Part shown: one piece after another, positions 1-8,171 of the stretch
How the letters are laid out: each line of letters starts with the position of its first letter
How positions within the stretch are numbered: the stretch's first letter is position 1
NCBI GenBank assembly: GCA_026016245.1
Contig: CP061211.1
Location: forward strand, 240,001 to 272,000
DNA: 32,000 nucleotides
Direction of reading: 5' to 3'
From: Candidatus Pacearchaeota archaeon
GTDB lineage: Archaea > Nanobdellota > Nanobdellia > Pacearchaeales > UBA284
Notes under the pieces: model-generated
Told to the model about the DNA's origin: nothing
What the model saw: the letters and a program-made list of their open reading frames with translations, nothing else
Databases searched by the model: none
Position numbers and translations under genes: made by a program

Positions 1-1961
1 TTCCCTTTTTCATTTATAAGAGCATATTTTTTCTTTGCTCCAAGTTTAACTGTTCTTTTTGCTACAAACAAACCTCTTTTATAGAAATCTTCAAGTTCAA
101 GCTCCATAATCCCTGGAAGTTCAGAATTTAGTTTTTTTAAAAAATCTATAGTTTGTTTTTTACTTTTTTTGCCTAATAAAAAAGCAATAGAATCTGTATC
201 AGAATAAATTATTTCATAACTTTGTTTTTTAATTTTGTCTATTGTATCTAAAATATTTTTTCTGGCTAGGGCAGCTGTTGAAGCTGCTGCTTCTCTGCAA
301 TAATAACGAGCTCCAAAAAAACCTTGATAGCCATAAGAGGCATTTGCTAGAAGTTTATAGGCATTGCTTCTTGCTTTTGCAATAGGGTTTGGATTTTGTT
401 TGTATTCTTTTTTATATTTTTTTCTTTTTTCTATTATCTCAGAAAGCATTAATGGAAAAAATCCTTGTTCTTTTGAAAAATAAACTTTTCCCTTCTCCAA
501 ATTGACTTCTAATGTCTTATTAAATTTTTTCTTTAAGAAGGTTGATAAGGAGAGATTATAAGTAAAAATCACAGAAGCATACATACTTGTAAAATCAAAC
601 ATAACTATATTTTTATACAAACCTGGCTTTGGCTGAAAAACAAAAGCTCCAACATACTTCCCCATTTGTCTTCTTTCTTTTATTTCATCATGTAATGGTC
701 TTTTTTCAGCTATCTCATTATATTTATCAAGATTATGGAGAATATAGGATTCAACTAATTGAGACATAGAATTTCTTGTTATCTCAAAGAGAGGTTCTTG
801 TATAATCCCACTGAATTCAATCATGTCTGGCCATAATTTCTCTGCTAATTTATATGTCAAAATAGAATCTTGTAAATTATATTCAAAATAATCCTTCCAT
901 TCATGCTCTTTTATCTTAGAGGAATGTTTATGATTAAATTCTTTTTTTCCTTCTCCTAATAATTCAAATGCCACTTCATTCAATCCAAGAGTTTCTGATT
1001 GCAAATATTGAGAATAAACTGATTCTATAAACCTAAATAAATCAACATGGACTATTCCTGAAATCCTTGCTTTTGGAATTCTCCCCCTAATAAATGAAGG
1101 CTGGCTTTTATCCAAACCTAATGCCAGCTTAATTTTATTTTTTTCAGCTCTGGCTTTTAAATAAGGAATATCAAAACCATCACTAAAATATCCTACGAGA
1201 ATATCAGGTGAAATCTTATTTACATAATTTATGAATGTTTTGAGCATCTCTGCTTCACTCTTAAAATATTCAACATAATTTAATTTTTCAGAGCTTTTTT
1301 TCCATGTCAATACTTTTTTAAAATTGTCAGAAACAAGGGAAATCATTAAAATCTCTCCTTTCCCCAACTCTAATTCATCTGATTCTATATCAAAGGCCAG
1401 GAATTTTGGTCTGAATTTTTTATTATTTAATTTCTCAATTTTCTCAGCCTTAATACAAACATCTATGTCAAAGGCTGAATCAATATTGCCAAATTCCTGA
1501 GAATTATTTAGAATCTCCCCAGATATCTTATGCCAAGATAAAGGAATCAGCTTTTTTTCAGTTATATACTTAGTTATAATATTAATATCATATTCTCTTC
1601 TTGCTTTTATTTCCTTAAAATCAAGCTTATCAGCTATTGGATGAGCATCTTTATAATTAGTTATAAAAATTTTGATTGCTTTTACCTTTTTGCTTAAAAA
1701 TTTTTTTTCATGAATTTCTGTTCTTTCTACTTTTGTTGTCCTTGAAGGTAGTTTAATCTCAATTTTCTCTATCTTCTTCTGAATGTCCTTTATTCTTTTC
1801 TCAGAAGCACTATCTTCAAAAATAGCCCATAGAAAAGGATCAAAGTGATCTACCACACAGGCTCTTTTACCTTTTTCATCTCTTCCTATTATCCTAATAT
1901 AGTTTTTCCCCTGAAAATCAAAATAATCATAATCTAAAGGAATAAAGTTAATTGAAGTCAT
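1..1961 (-). CDS. polB: Family B DNA polymerase (partial, continues past left window edge)
   Basis: Absent from ORF track; I translated the minus strand from ATG at 1961 (MTSINFIPLDYDYFDFQGKNYIRIIGRDEKGKRACVVDHFDPFLWAIFED...). Motifs: ExoI FDIESDE, ExoII GYFSDGFDIPYLKARAEK, ExoIII YNLQD, motif A DFTSMYASVI, motif B KLLANASYGY, motif C YSDTDSI. Confidence 0.95.
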   Translation of the reverse strand, partial: MTSINFIPLDYDYFDFQGKNYIRIIGRDEKGKRACVVDHFDPFLWAIFEDSASEKRIKDIQKKIEKIEIKLPSRTTKVERTEIHEKKFLSKKVKAIKIFITNYKDAHPIADKLDFKEIKARREYDINIITKYITEKKLIPLSWHKISGEILNNSQEFGNIDSAFDIDVCIKAEKIEKLNNKKFRPKFLAFDIESDELELGKGEILMISLVSDNFKKVLTWKKSSEKLNYVEYFKSEAEMLKTFINYVNKISPDILVGYFSDGFDIPYLKARAEKNKIKLALGLDKSQPSFIRGRIPKARISGIVHVDLFRFIESVYSQYLQSETLGLNEVAFELLGEGKKEFNHKHSSKIKEHEWKDYFEYNLQDSILTYKLAEKLWPDMIEFSGIIQEPLFEITRNSMSQLVESYILHNLDKYNEIAEKRPLHDEIKERRQMGKYVGAFVFQPKPGLYKNIVMFDFTSMYASVIFTYNLSLSTFLKKKFNKTLEVNLEKGKVYFSKEQGFFPLMLSEIIEKRKKYKKEYKQNPNPIAKARSNAYKLLANASYGYQGFFGARYYCREAAASTAALARKNILDTIDKIKKQSYEIIYSDTDSIAFLLGKKSKKQTIDFLKKLNSELPGIMELELEDFYKRGLFVAKRTVKLGAKKKYALINEKG

Positions 1962-2052
1962 GAGATTACCAAGATAAAGAGATTTTTAAAATTTCTGAAG
2001 ACGAAAGATTTAAATATAGATGTTACTTAACAATAGTGACAATAAGGAGAAA

Positions 2053-2646
2053 ATGAAAAAACTATTAGAAGAAAGGCTTATTGGATTAAATGAAGAAATT
2101 TTTGAAGAAATAAAGAGAGCTCTTTCTATTCCTTATATAAACCCAAAAAAAGAATGGAGATCTATGCCTTATCTTAAAGATGATCTTAATAATGCTATTG
2201 TAGGATATCTTTCTCGGATAAGTAGAGTTTCAAGGAATTTTAAAAGTAACTTGTATTCAACAATAAATAAAGAACCACTCAAGAGAGTTTATTATGGAAT
2301 TAAAAGCACAGATGAATTGCCTAAAGAATTCATGAATTCATTAACTGATTGGGAGAAAGTTTATTTTTTTGCTGGCAGATGGGATATAAGAAAACCTAAT
2401 TTTACAGAACCAATAGATGTTTTAACAGTAAAGCATGTTTATGAAGGTCTTAACTTAGTTAATAAACATCATTTTAAAAGAAAAGCTAAAGGACAATATA
2501 CCAGGCAACTTGAATTGCCAGAAAGAAAAGAGGTTAGAGAAGCATATAAAAGAATTATTAAAGCTTATGAAGAAAAGTTAGTTCCAAAAAAGGAAGAAAG
2601 AAAAACAGAAGAAAAACAGAAAATAGTCCAAGAGGCTTTATTTTAA
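2053..2646 (+). CDS. Conserved hypothetical protein (start revised from 2020)
   Basis: ORF of the track; internal ATG at 2053 is preceded by AAGGAG (2043-2048), and the TATA-like TTTAAATATA at ~2010-2018 is too close to 2020 to serve an ATG there. Confidence 0.7.
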   Translation: MKKLLEERLIGLNEEIFEEIKRALSIPYINPKKEWRSMPYLKDDLNNAIVGYLSRISRVSRNFKSNLYSTINKEPLKRVYYGIKSTDELPKEFMNSLTDWEKVYFFAGRWDIRKPNFTEPIDVLTVKHVYEGLNLVNKHHFKRKAKGQYTRQLELPERKEVREAYKRIIKAYEEKLVPKKEERKTEEKQKIVQEALF

Positions 2647-2648
2647 AA

Positions 2649-3059
2649 ATGGAAAATAGGAAGGATAAATTAGATGAAATTGCAACTAAACTAAAGGAAA
2701 TTTCAGTTCCTACACTTAATTTATCTAAAAGTAATTCACATGGCCCAAGGTCTATGTATACAATTGATATAGCCAAGTTGAGAGAAATCCCGGATTTTAT
2801 TGATTTTATAGAAGAAGGAAAATTAAAAAAATTAGCATCTAAAATGAGATGTCCTTTATATTTACATGGAGAAGTTGATGGATATAATGTTGAAGTTCTT
2901 GTTGAAAAAGATGAGATAGAGTATGCTCTACAATGGTATGAAATGCAGAGAGACAAGGTTTTTTATGTTAATTATTTTACAGATAAGGGACATACAAACA
3001 TCAATAAAATAGATGTAACACCCAGGCAAAGAAAATTTACAAGATATTCTTTAAATTAG
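2649..3059 (+). CDS. Hypothetical protein, 136 aa
   Basis: Intact ORF immediately downstream of the previous gene on the same strand; plausible amino-acid composition; no recognised domain. Confidence 0.7.
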   Translation: MENRKDKLDEIATKLKEISVPTLNLSKSNSHGPRSMYTIDIAKLREIPDFIDFIEEGKLKKLASKMRCPLYLHGEVDGYNVEVLVEKDEIEYALQWYEMQRDKVFYVNYFTDKGHTNINKIDVTPRQRKFTRYSLN

Positions 3060-3095
3060 GATAAATTATTTAAGTTTCTTTTTCTCTTAATTTTT

Positions 3096-4139
3096 ATGGG
3101 TTTACAGATTAGCGATTTAGTTCCAAAAAAAGAGATAGGATTTGAGGAGTTAAGAGGTAAGATTATTGCAGTTGATGCTTTTAACATCTTGTATCAGTTT
3201 CTTGCTAATATTAGACAAGTTGATGGAACTCCTTTAATGGATAAAAAGAAAAGGGTAACTTCACATCTTTCTGGTCTTTTTTATAGAACTACCAACTTGA
3301 TGACTAAAGGCCTCAAATTAGTTTATGTTTTTGATGGAGAATCACCTGAGCTTAAAGCAAAGACAGCAAAAGCAAGACATGAAAGGAAAGAGGCAGCAAA
3401 AGAAAAGTATGAGAAAGCAAAAGAGAAAGGAAAAGCAGAGGAAATGTTCAAGTGGTCAAGACAAACTCTAAGATTGAGTGATGAGATGATTGATGAGAGT
3501 AAACAACTATTGAAAGCTCTTGGATTGCCTGTAATTCAAGCTCCAGGAGAAGGAGAAGCCCAATGTGCTTTTATGGTTAAACAAAAAGATGCTTATGCTG
3601 TTGCAAGCCAGGATTATGATTCCTTGCTTTTTGGAGCCACCCGATTAATTCAAAATCTTACTTTGGCAAGGAGAAGAAGAACACCTACAGGTTTTATTTC
3701 TATAAGTCCTACACTAATTGAACTTGACAACACTCTTAACAATTTGCAGATTAATCGTGATCAATTAATTTCTTTAGGAATTCTTGTTGGAACAGATTTT
3801 AATCCACAAGGAATTAAAGGAATAGGACCAAAAAAAGCTTTACATTTAGTAAAAGCACACAGACAACCAGTCTTAATTTTCACATCTCTAGATAAATTAT
3901 TCAAGGAAGGCAAGATTCCTGAACTAGATTTTGACTGGAGAAAAATTTTTGAGATTTTTAAGAAACCTAATGTTAGGAAAGATTATAAGATTGAATTCAA
4001 GAAAGTTAATGAGAAAAAAATTAAGGAATTATTGTGTAAAGAGCATGACTTTAGTGAAGATAGGGTTAATAATGCTTTGAATAAAGTAGCTGAGTATGAG
4101 AAATCTGCTAAACAAAAAGACCTAAAAAGTTATTTCTAA
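3096..4139 (+). CDS. fen: Flap endonuclease 1 (archaeal FEN-1/XPG family)
   Basis: MGLQISDLVPKKEI...IAVDAFNILYQF...FDGESPELK...QAPGEGEAQCAFM...QDYDSLLFG...GTDFNPQGIKGIGPKKAL; C-terminal QKDLKSYF resembles a PCNA-interacting (PIP) box. Confidence 0.97.
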   Translation: MGLQISDLVPKKEIGFEELRGKIIAVDAFNILYQFLANIRQVDGTPLMDKKKRVTSHLSGLFYRTTNLMTKGLKLVYVFDGESPELKAKTAKARHERKEAAKEKYEKAKEKGKAEEMFKWSRQTLRLSDEMIDESKQLLKALGLPVIQAPGEGEAQCAFMVKQKDAYAVASQDYDSLLFGATRLIQNLTLARRRRTPTGFISISPTLIELDNTLNNLQINRDQLISLGILVGTDFNPQGIKGIGPKKALHLVKAHRQPVLIFTSLDKLFKEGKIPELDFDWRKIFEIFKKPNVRKDYKIEFKKVNEKKIKELLCKEHDFSEDRVNNALNKVAEYEKSAKQKDLKSYF

Positions 4140-4330
4140 AATCTTCTTGATGTAAGTGCTGATATTAATGCGATCAAACCGACTATTGCTGTTATTCCAA
4201 AATAAACTCTTGGGTCTGCTGGAAATTGTGCAATAACCCCAGGAGTGTAGCCGAAATTAAATGCTAATCCTATAAGACTTACTACCAAAACTATCAGACC
4301 GAATAAAAACAACATGAATTTTGGTTTCAT
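4136..4330 (-). CDS. Small membrane protein with two predicted TM helices, 64 aa
   Basis: MKPKFMLFLFGLIVLVVSLIGLAFNF...VYFGITAIVGLIALISAL; convergent with fen, stop codons overlapping. Confidence 0.6.
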   Translation of the reverse strand: MKPKFMLFLFGLIVLVVSLIGLAFNFGYTPGVIAQFPADPRVYFGITAIVGLIALISALTSRRF

Positions 4331-4386
4331 TTTTTCCTTTTTTTATGTTTTTATTTAGTATTTTAGATTTATAAATTTGTTTATTT

Positions 4387-5544
4387 TTATAACCTGGCTA
4401 TTCTTCTTAATGATGCTTGATGTTTTCTTCTAAGAGTCTCTACATCTCTATCTCTATGATCTAATAAATATCTTGCAGCTCTTCTGTATCTCTGTGCTTT
4501 TGCTATGTCTCCTCTTTGCTCACTTGTTACTGCTGCTTGCTCTGCTTGTCTTACTTGTTGGTTATGTCTTCCTATTTTCTCTCTTATTAATCTTTCATAC
4601 TTTTCATTCATTTTTTGAACTCTGGCTGCTTTATTTCTAGCTGCTTTTTCAGCGATATTTTCTACTTCTCTTTCTACCTCACCATAAATTCTTCTAATCT
4701 CTCTTTCTTTTCTCTTTTCCAACTTATGAACAAGTTCTTCATAATGTCTCCTTCCAGTCTCTGTTGTTTGAATAGAAGCTTTCTGTTGAGCTTTTTTTAT
4801 TAATCTCTTATATCTTTTCTCAATCTCCTCAGCTTTCTTTCTTTTCATTCTTTGAAGTTTAGTTTCTGCCCTGCGCGCTAGAGTATGTTTCCAAAATCCT
4901 GGCTTAGCCATCTCTCTTTCTTCTTTTATAGGTTTTATTTTTGGCATTCTTGGTTCTCTAAAACCTCTTATAGACGGTGCTCCTAAACCACCTTTGCGCA
5001 GTTTATTAAAGAGCCATATTAAAAACATGAATATAGCAATAATAATGATGGCTATTGCTATTGCATCAAGAACAACACAAACAATGTGGGGAAAAGTATA
5101 AGGGCATAATTGAGGTCTAAGCCATAAAAGCCACACTAAAGAAAGTGCTAGAAGAATAACCCAAAATGTTTTTCCTTTTCCTCTTAATTGATTCCATAAT
5201 ATTGCAAAGATGACTGCTAAAGCAAGAAGCACAACAAGCCAGCCAATTCTCGGGATTATTGGGCCATAATAATAAATTGCTCCAAGAGCTCCTATTAAAC
5301 CTAGAACAAAAGCTGCTACAAATGCCACTCCTGGACTAGTATGGAAAACTTGTTGTAAAGAAAACCAACAAACTGCAAATATTAATAAAAAAAGAAGGGC
5401 AGCATTAACCCATTCATTCTCAGCAAGTTCTGATATAGTAAGACCTTCAAAAAGACCTGGCCCATAATATCCATTGTAAGCAAGAACTGAACTAGCAAGG
5501 AGAATGAATGCTAGCAAAGACAATAATAACAAACCTCTTTTCAT
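4387..5544 (-). CDS. Multi-pass membrane protein with long charged coiled-coil C-terminus
   Basis: N-terminal signal/TM followed by several hydrophobic helices (LNALLFLLIFAV-like), then ~190 aa of Lys/Glu/Arg-rich helical sequence. Confidence 0.75.
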   Translation of the reverse strand: MKRGLLLLSLLAFILLASSVLAYNGYYGPGLFEGLTISELAENEWVNAALLFLLIFAVCWFSLQQVFHTSPGVAFVAAFVLGLIGALGAIYYYGPIIPRIGWLVVLLALAVIFAILWNQLRGKGKTFWVILLALSLVWLLWLRPQLCPYTFPHIVCVVLDAIAIAIIIIAIFMFLIWLFNKLRKGGLGAPSIRGFREPRMPKIKPIKEEREMAKPGFWKHTLARRAETKLQRMKRKKAEEIEKRYKRLIKKAQQKASIQTTETGRRHYEELVHKLEKRKEREIRRIYGEVEREVENIAEKAARNKAARVQKMNEKYERLIREKIGRHNQQVRQAEQAAVTSEQRGDIAKAQRYRRAARYLLDHRDRDVETLRRKHQASLRRIARL

Positions 5545-5583
5545 CTATTAGGAAAGAGATAGTTATTTTTAAATTTTAAGGTT

Positions 5584-6288
5584 TTATGGCCTTAATTCAA
5601 GAACAAGCTTATCCTTTTCAAGATAATAGTTTTTTATTGGTAAAGCTACAGGGATTAATTTAAAATAAGCTTTGTTTTTTGTGAAAGCCTTAATCTCGAT
5701 GCTATTTTGCAGTTTGTTAATTATAATATCTTTCTCACTTTTTACTCCAGGAAGAATGATCTCATAAATAATCTTGTCTGTTAATCTTCTTACTGTAGTC
5801 TGTGGTTCTTCTTTTGGTAGCTTAGCTAATTTTGCTTGCTGAGCTTTTGTTAATTTCCTTGCTGGCAGCTTTATTTTTTCTTCCTCACTTTCATCTCTTT
5901 TTGCTTTTTTTATTTCTAAAGGTATCTTCTGGCCAGGACCAAATTGCCTTACTTTTATTACAGGTTGGCCATCTGGAGAGCTCTCTACTTTAATGCTTAT
6001 GCCTTGAGTATGAACTGGCATCTTTTCTAAGTTCTTCCTCTCACCTATAGTTCTATCCATCTCCCTGAATTGTTTATCTATATCTCTTATAAGTCTCTTA
6101 AATGGGAATTTGATGAAGAATGGCATCTTGAAAGCTTCTTCAAAGCTTTTTTCTATAGTCCTTATCTCTTTTTCATGATCTTCTTCGAATTTCTTTACTT
6201 CTCTTAGAGCCCTTCCACAAAAAGGGCAATAGCTAAAATCAGCATCTACTTTTTTTCCACATCTGCACTTGATTTTCTTCTTGAACAT
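5584..6288 (-). CDS. N-terminal zinc ribbon fused to a C-terminal Hsp20/alpha-crystallin-like domain
   Basis: CRCGKKVDADFSYCPFCGRAL zinc ribbon; C-terminal TVRRLTDKIIYEIILPGVKSEKDIIINKLQNSIEIKAFTKNKAYFKLIPVALPI...KLVLELRP resembles the Hsp20/CS beta-sandwich. Confidence 0.7.
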   Translation of the reverse strand: MFKKKIKCRCGKKVDADFSYCPFCGRALREVKKFEEDHEKEIRTIEKSFEEAFKMPFFIKFPFKRLIRDIDKQFREMDRTIGERKNLEKMPVHTQGISIKVESSPDGQPVIKVRQFGPGQKIPLEIKKAKRDESEEEKIKLPARKLTKAQQAKLAKLPKEEPQTTVRRLTDKIIYEIILPGVKSEKDIIINKLQNSIEIKAFTKNKAYFKLIPVALPIKNYYLEKDKLVLELRP

Positions 6289-6380
6289 AAAATTACGTCG
6301 GACTTTTTGTTTTTAAATTTTTGCTCTTAGTAATATCTCAGTAATATGTTGTCACTTAAGTAGAGTAACAAATAGAAAGG

Positions 6381-6388
6381 TTTATAAA
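6381..6388 (+). promoter_or_regulatory. TATA box for the small ORF at 6410
   Basis: TTTATAAA centred ~25 nt upstream of ATG 6410, the spacing expected for a leaderless archaeal transcript. Confidence 0.6.
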
Positions 6389-6409
6389 GTCTGAAATCTT
6401 ATAGAAAAT

Positions 6410-6550
6410 ATGACAAACGATGAGTATGATGAGGATTTAAAGGGAGTCTTTCCTGAGGAGAAAGGTGACAAGAAGAGGGAAGATGAACTTGAAAGTTTGT
6501 GCTTACAAGATAAAGCTAAATTATCAAAAGAATCTAAAAAATATAAATAA
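6410..6550 (+). CDS. Small acidic/basic charged protein, 46 aa (not in ORF track)
   Basis: Translated by eye: MTNDEYDEDLKGVFPEEKGDKKREDELESLCLQDKAKLSKESKKYK*. TATA box at 6381-6388 fits a leaderless start; the next gene starts 1 nt after its stop. Confidence 0.6.
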   Translation: MTNDEYDEDLKGVFPEEKGDKKREDELESLCLQDKAKLSKESKKYK

Positions 6551-6551
6551 A

Positions 6552-7175
6552 ATGGTAGAAGAAAAACAAAAGAAATTCTACAAAAAGTGGGAAGATTATG
6601 CTTTAGCAGCTTATGCTCTACCTGCTTATATAAATGGAAAAGTTGGCCCACAACAGAGAACTGCTGCATGGGAACATTTGGAGAGAACTCGTGGTCTTGA
6701 AGGAATCTTAGATAAGGCTACAAGAGAGGGGATGTTTGATGTTAAGAAAGCTCTAGCAAGTGATGCTGAACAATATATGAAATACTTTGGAGAGCTAACT
6801 GTTCAAGAAGCTTTAGACCATGTAGCATCTAAGACAGGATATAAAGGGCAATTTTCTGAGATGTTAACACCATACTTAGACAAACAAATCAAAGATCTAC
6901 AAGAAAGTGCACAGAAATATGATGAAATAGAAAAGAAATTCCAGGAAGCAAAACAAAAATATGAACAAGGATTGATAACTGGAAAGGAATTTGATAAGAT
7001 AAGTGAGGAATATAGTGGAGCTATAAAGACACGTGGAAAAGATAGTGAAGCTCTTAAATTAGTAGGTAGTTATGATAGATTGAAGATAGAGCAGTATGTA
7101 TTGCCAATAATAACTAAGAAAGTTTATGAGATTGATCACAGAGAATACAAGGAATCAAGAGAAGGAGCTGCTTAA
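6552..7175 (+). CDS. Hypothetical helical protein (start revised from 6465)
   Basis: MVEEKQKKFYKKWEDYALAAYALPAYINGKVGPQQRTAAWEHLERTRG...; the first 29 aa of the track ORF overlap the 46-aa ORF in another frame and look non-coding. Confidence 0.75.
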   Translation: MVEEKQKKFYKKWEDYALAAYALPAYINGKVGPQQRTAAWEHLERTRGLEGILDKATREGMFDVKKALASDAEQYMKYFGELTVQEALDHVASKTGYKGQFSEMLTPYLDKQIKDLQESAQKYDEIEKKFQEAKQKYEQGLITGKEFDKISEEYSGAIKTRGKDSEALKLVGSYDRLKIEQYVLPIITKKVYEIDHREYKESREGAA

Positions 7176-7194
7176 ATTTAATTTTTTTTATTTT

Positions 7195-8094
7195 TTATTT
7201 TTTTATTTTTCCACTAATTATTTTGTCAATTAATTTTGCCATCTCTCTAACAAACATATCTGTCTTATCTCTCCATTCGTCTATTTCACTACCTGAAATC
7301 TCTGACCTTGCTCCATGTAATATATCATGAGCAATTTTATAAACATCACGATACCAAGAAACATATTTTGAATCTAAAGTGTTTGTTCTGACAAATGTGT
7401 TTTCTAATAATTTTGCAATATGCTCTGGACTTGGGGGGACTTTTTTTGCTGCTATCAAAGCTGCATGAGATGAATCAACCATAGCCCAATATAATCCTTC
7501 TAGACTGCTGAGGAGAGAAGCTTTTGTTCTTGCTAAATGTAGTGGAGCTCTCTGTAAAATAATATAGATAGCCTCTGGAGTGCTTTTTAATTTGCCTTGA
7601 GCTAATAGTACTTTAAGAGGTGTATAGAAGCCGCCAAAATCAATAAGAGGCTGACCCCATCTTATTATGTTTATTATAACTGGCTCTCCCCTCATCATCT
7701 CAACCCACCAAGTGCTTAATCTTACAGAATTAATATGTAAAGGCTTTCTATAAGGATTAGCCCTAATTAATTTTCCCAACTCTTCTCTATACCAAGCAAT
7801 AAGTTCAGCATCCCATTGTATTGTACAATCATCAAGAATAACAATAATATCTATATCACTGCCTCTCTTCATCTTCCCCTTTGCAGCAGATCCAAATAAG
7901 ATTACTGATTTAAGGACCTTACCAAACTTTTCATAAGCTTTGGTTGCAAAATCATATGCAATATCTTGTTCATCTTTAAGCCTTAGAGTTGGAAATTCTC
8001 TTTCACGAACTTTTGTAACTTTTGGCATTCCAGGAACTTTAGGAACTTTTGGGGTTTTGGCTTTTATTATTTTTACTTTTTTCTCCTTTGCCAT
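7195..8094 (-). CDS. MNT/Pol-beta-type nucleotidyltransferase with a possible HEPN-like C-terminal helical domain
   Basis: KSVILFGSAAKGKMKRGSDIDIIVILDD (GS...G...DxD signature); helical C-terminus LEGLYWAMVDSSHAALIA...YKIAHDILHG. SD-like AAAGAGGT precedes the ATG. Confidence 0.8.
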   Translation of the reverse strand: MAKEKKVKIIKAKTPKVPKVPGMPKVTKVREREFPTLRLKDEQDIAYDFATKAYEKFGKVLKSVILFGSAAKGKMKRGSDIDIIVILDDCTIQWDAELIAWYREELGKLIRANPYRKPLHINSVRLSTWWVEMMRGEPVIINIIRWGQPLIDFGGFYTPLKVLLAQGKLKSTPEAIYIILQRAPLHLARTKASLLSSLEGLYWAMVDSSHAALIAAKKVPPSPEHIAKLLENTFVRTNTLDSKYVSWYRDVYKIAHDILHGARSEISGSEIDEWRDKTDMFVREMAKLIDKIISGKIKK

Positions 8095-8171
8095 TCTTAC
8101 CTCTTTTTCTTTTTTATTAAGTGAATATGTTTTTTAAAGTTTTGTTTTATTTTTAATTTTTAATTTTTTAT

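Noticed and set aside
1-1961. Intein or split-polymerase arrangement in PolB
   Set aside because: The translated sequence runs through the Exo, A, B and C motifs without a Hint-type insertion. The C-terminal part is outside the window, so nothing can be said about it.
2558-2956. Antisense 132-aa ORF (and similar antisense ORFs at 6382-6669, 9262-9573, 10044-10334, 10427-10680, 14185-14592, 16829-17134, 20221-20622, 22865-23191, 25538-25965, 26884-27369, 28455-28718, 31624-31821)
   Set aside because: They mirror strong coding genes, have Ser/Phe/Leu- or Ile-rich low-quality composition typical of reverse-strand reads of AT-rich genes, and show no domain or start signal.
7176-7194. T-rich stretches between convergent genes (also 8120-8171, 29270-29300) as specific terminators
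   Set aside because: Consistent with archaeal oligo-T termination, but the whole window is AT-rich, so I cannot single out real terminators by eye.
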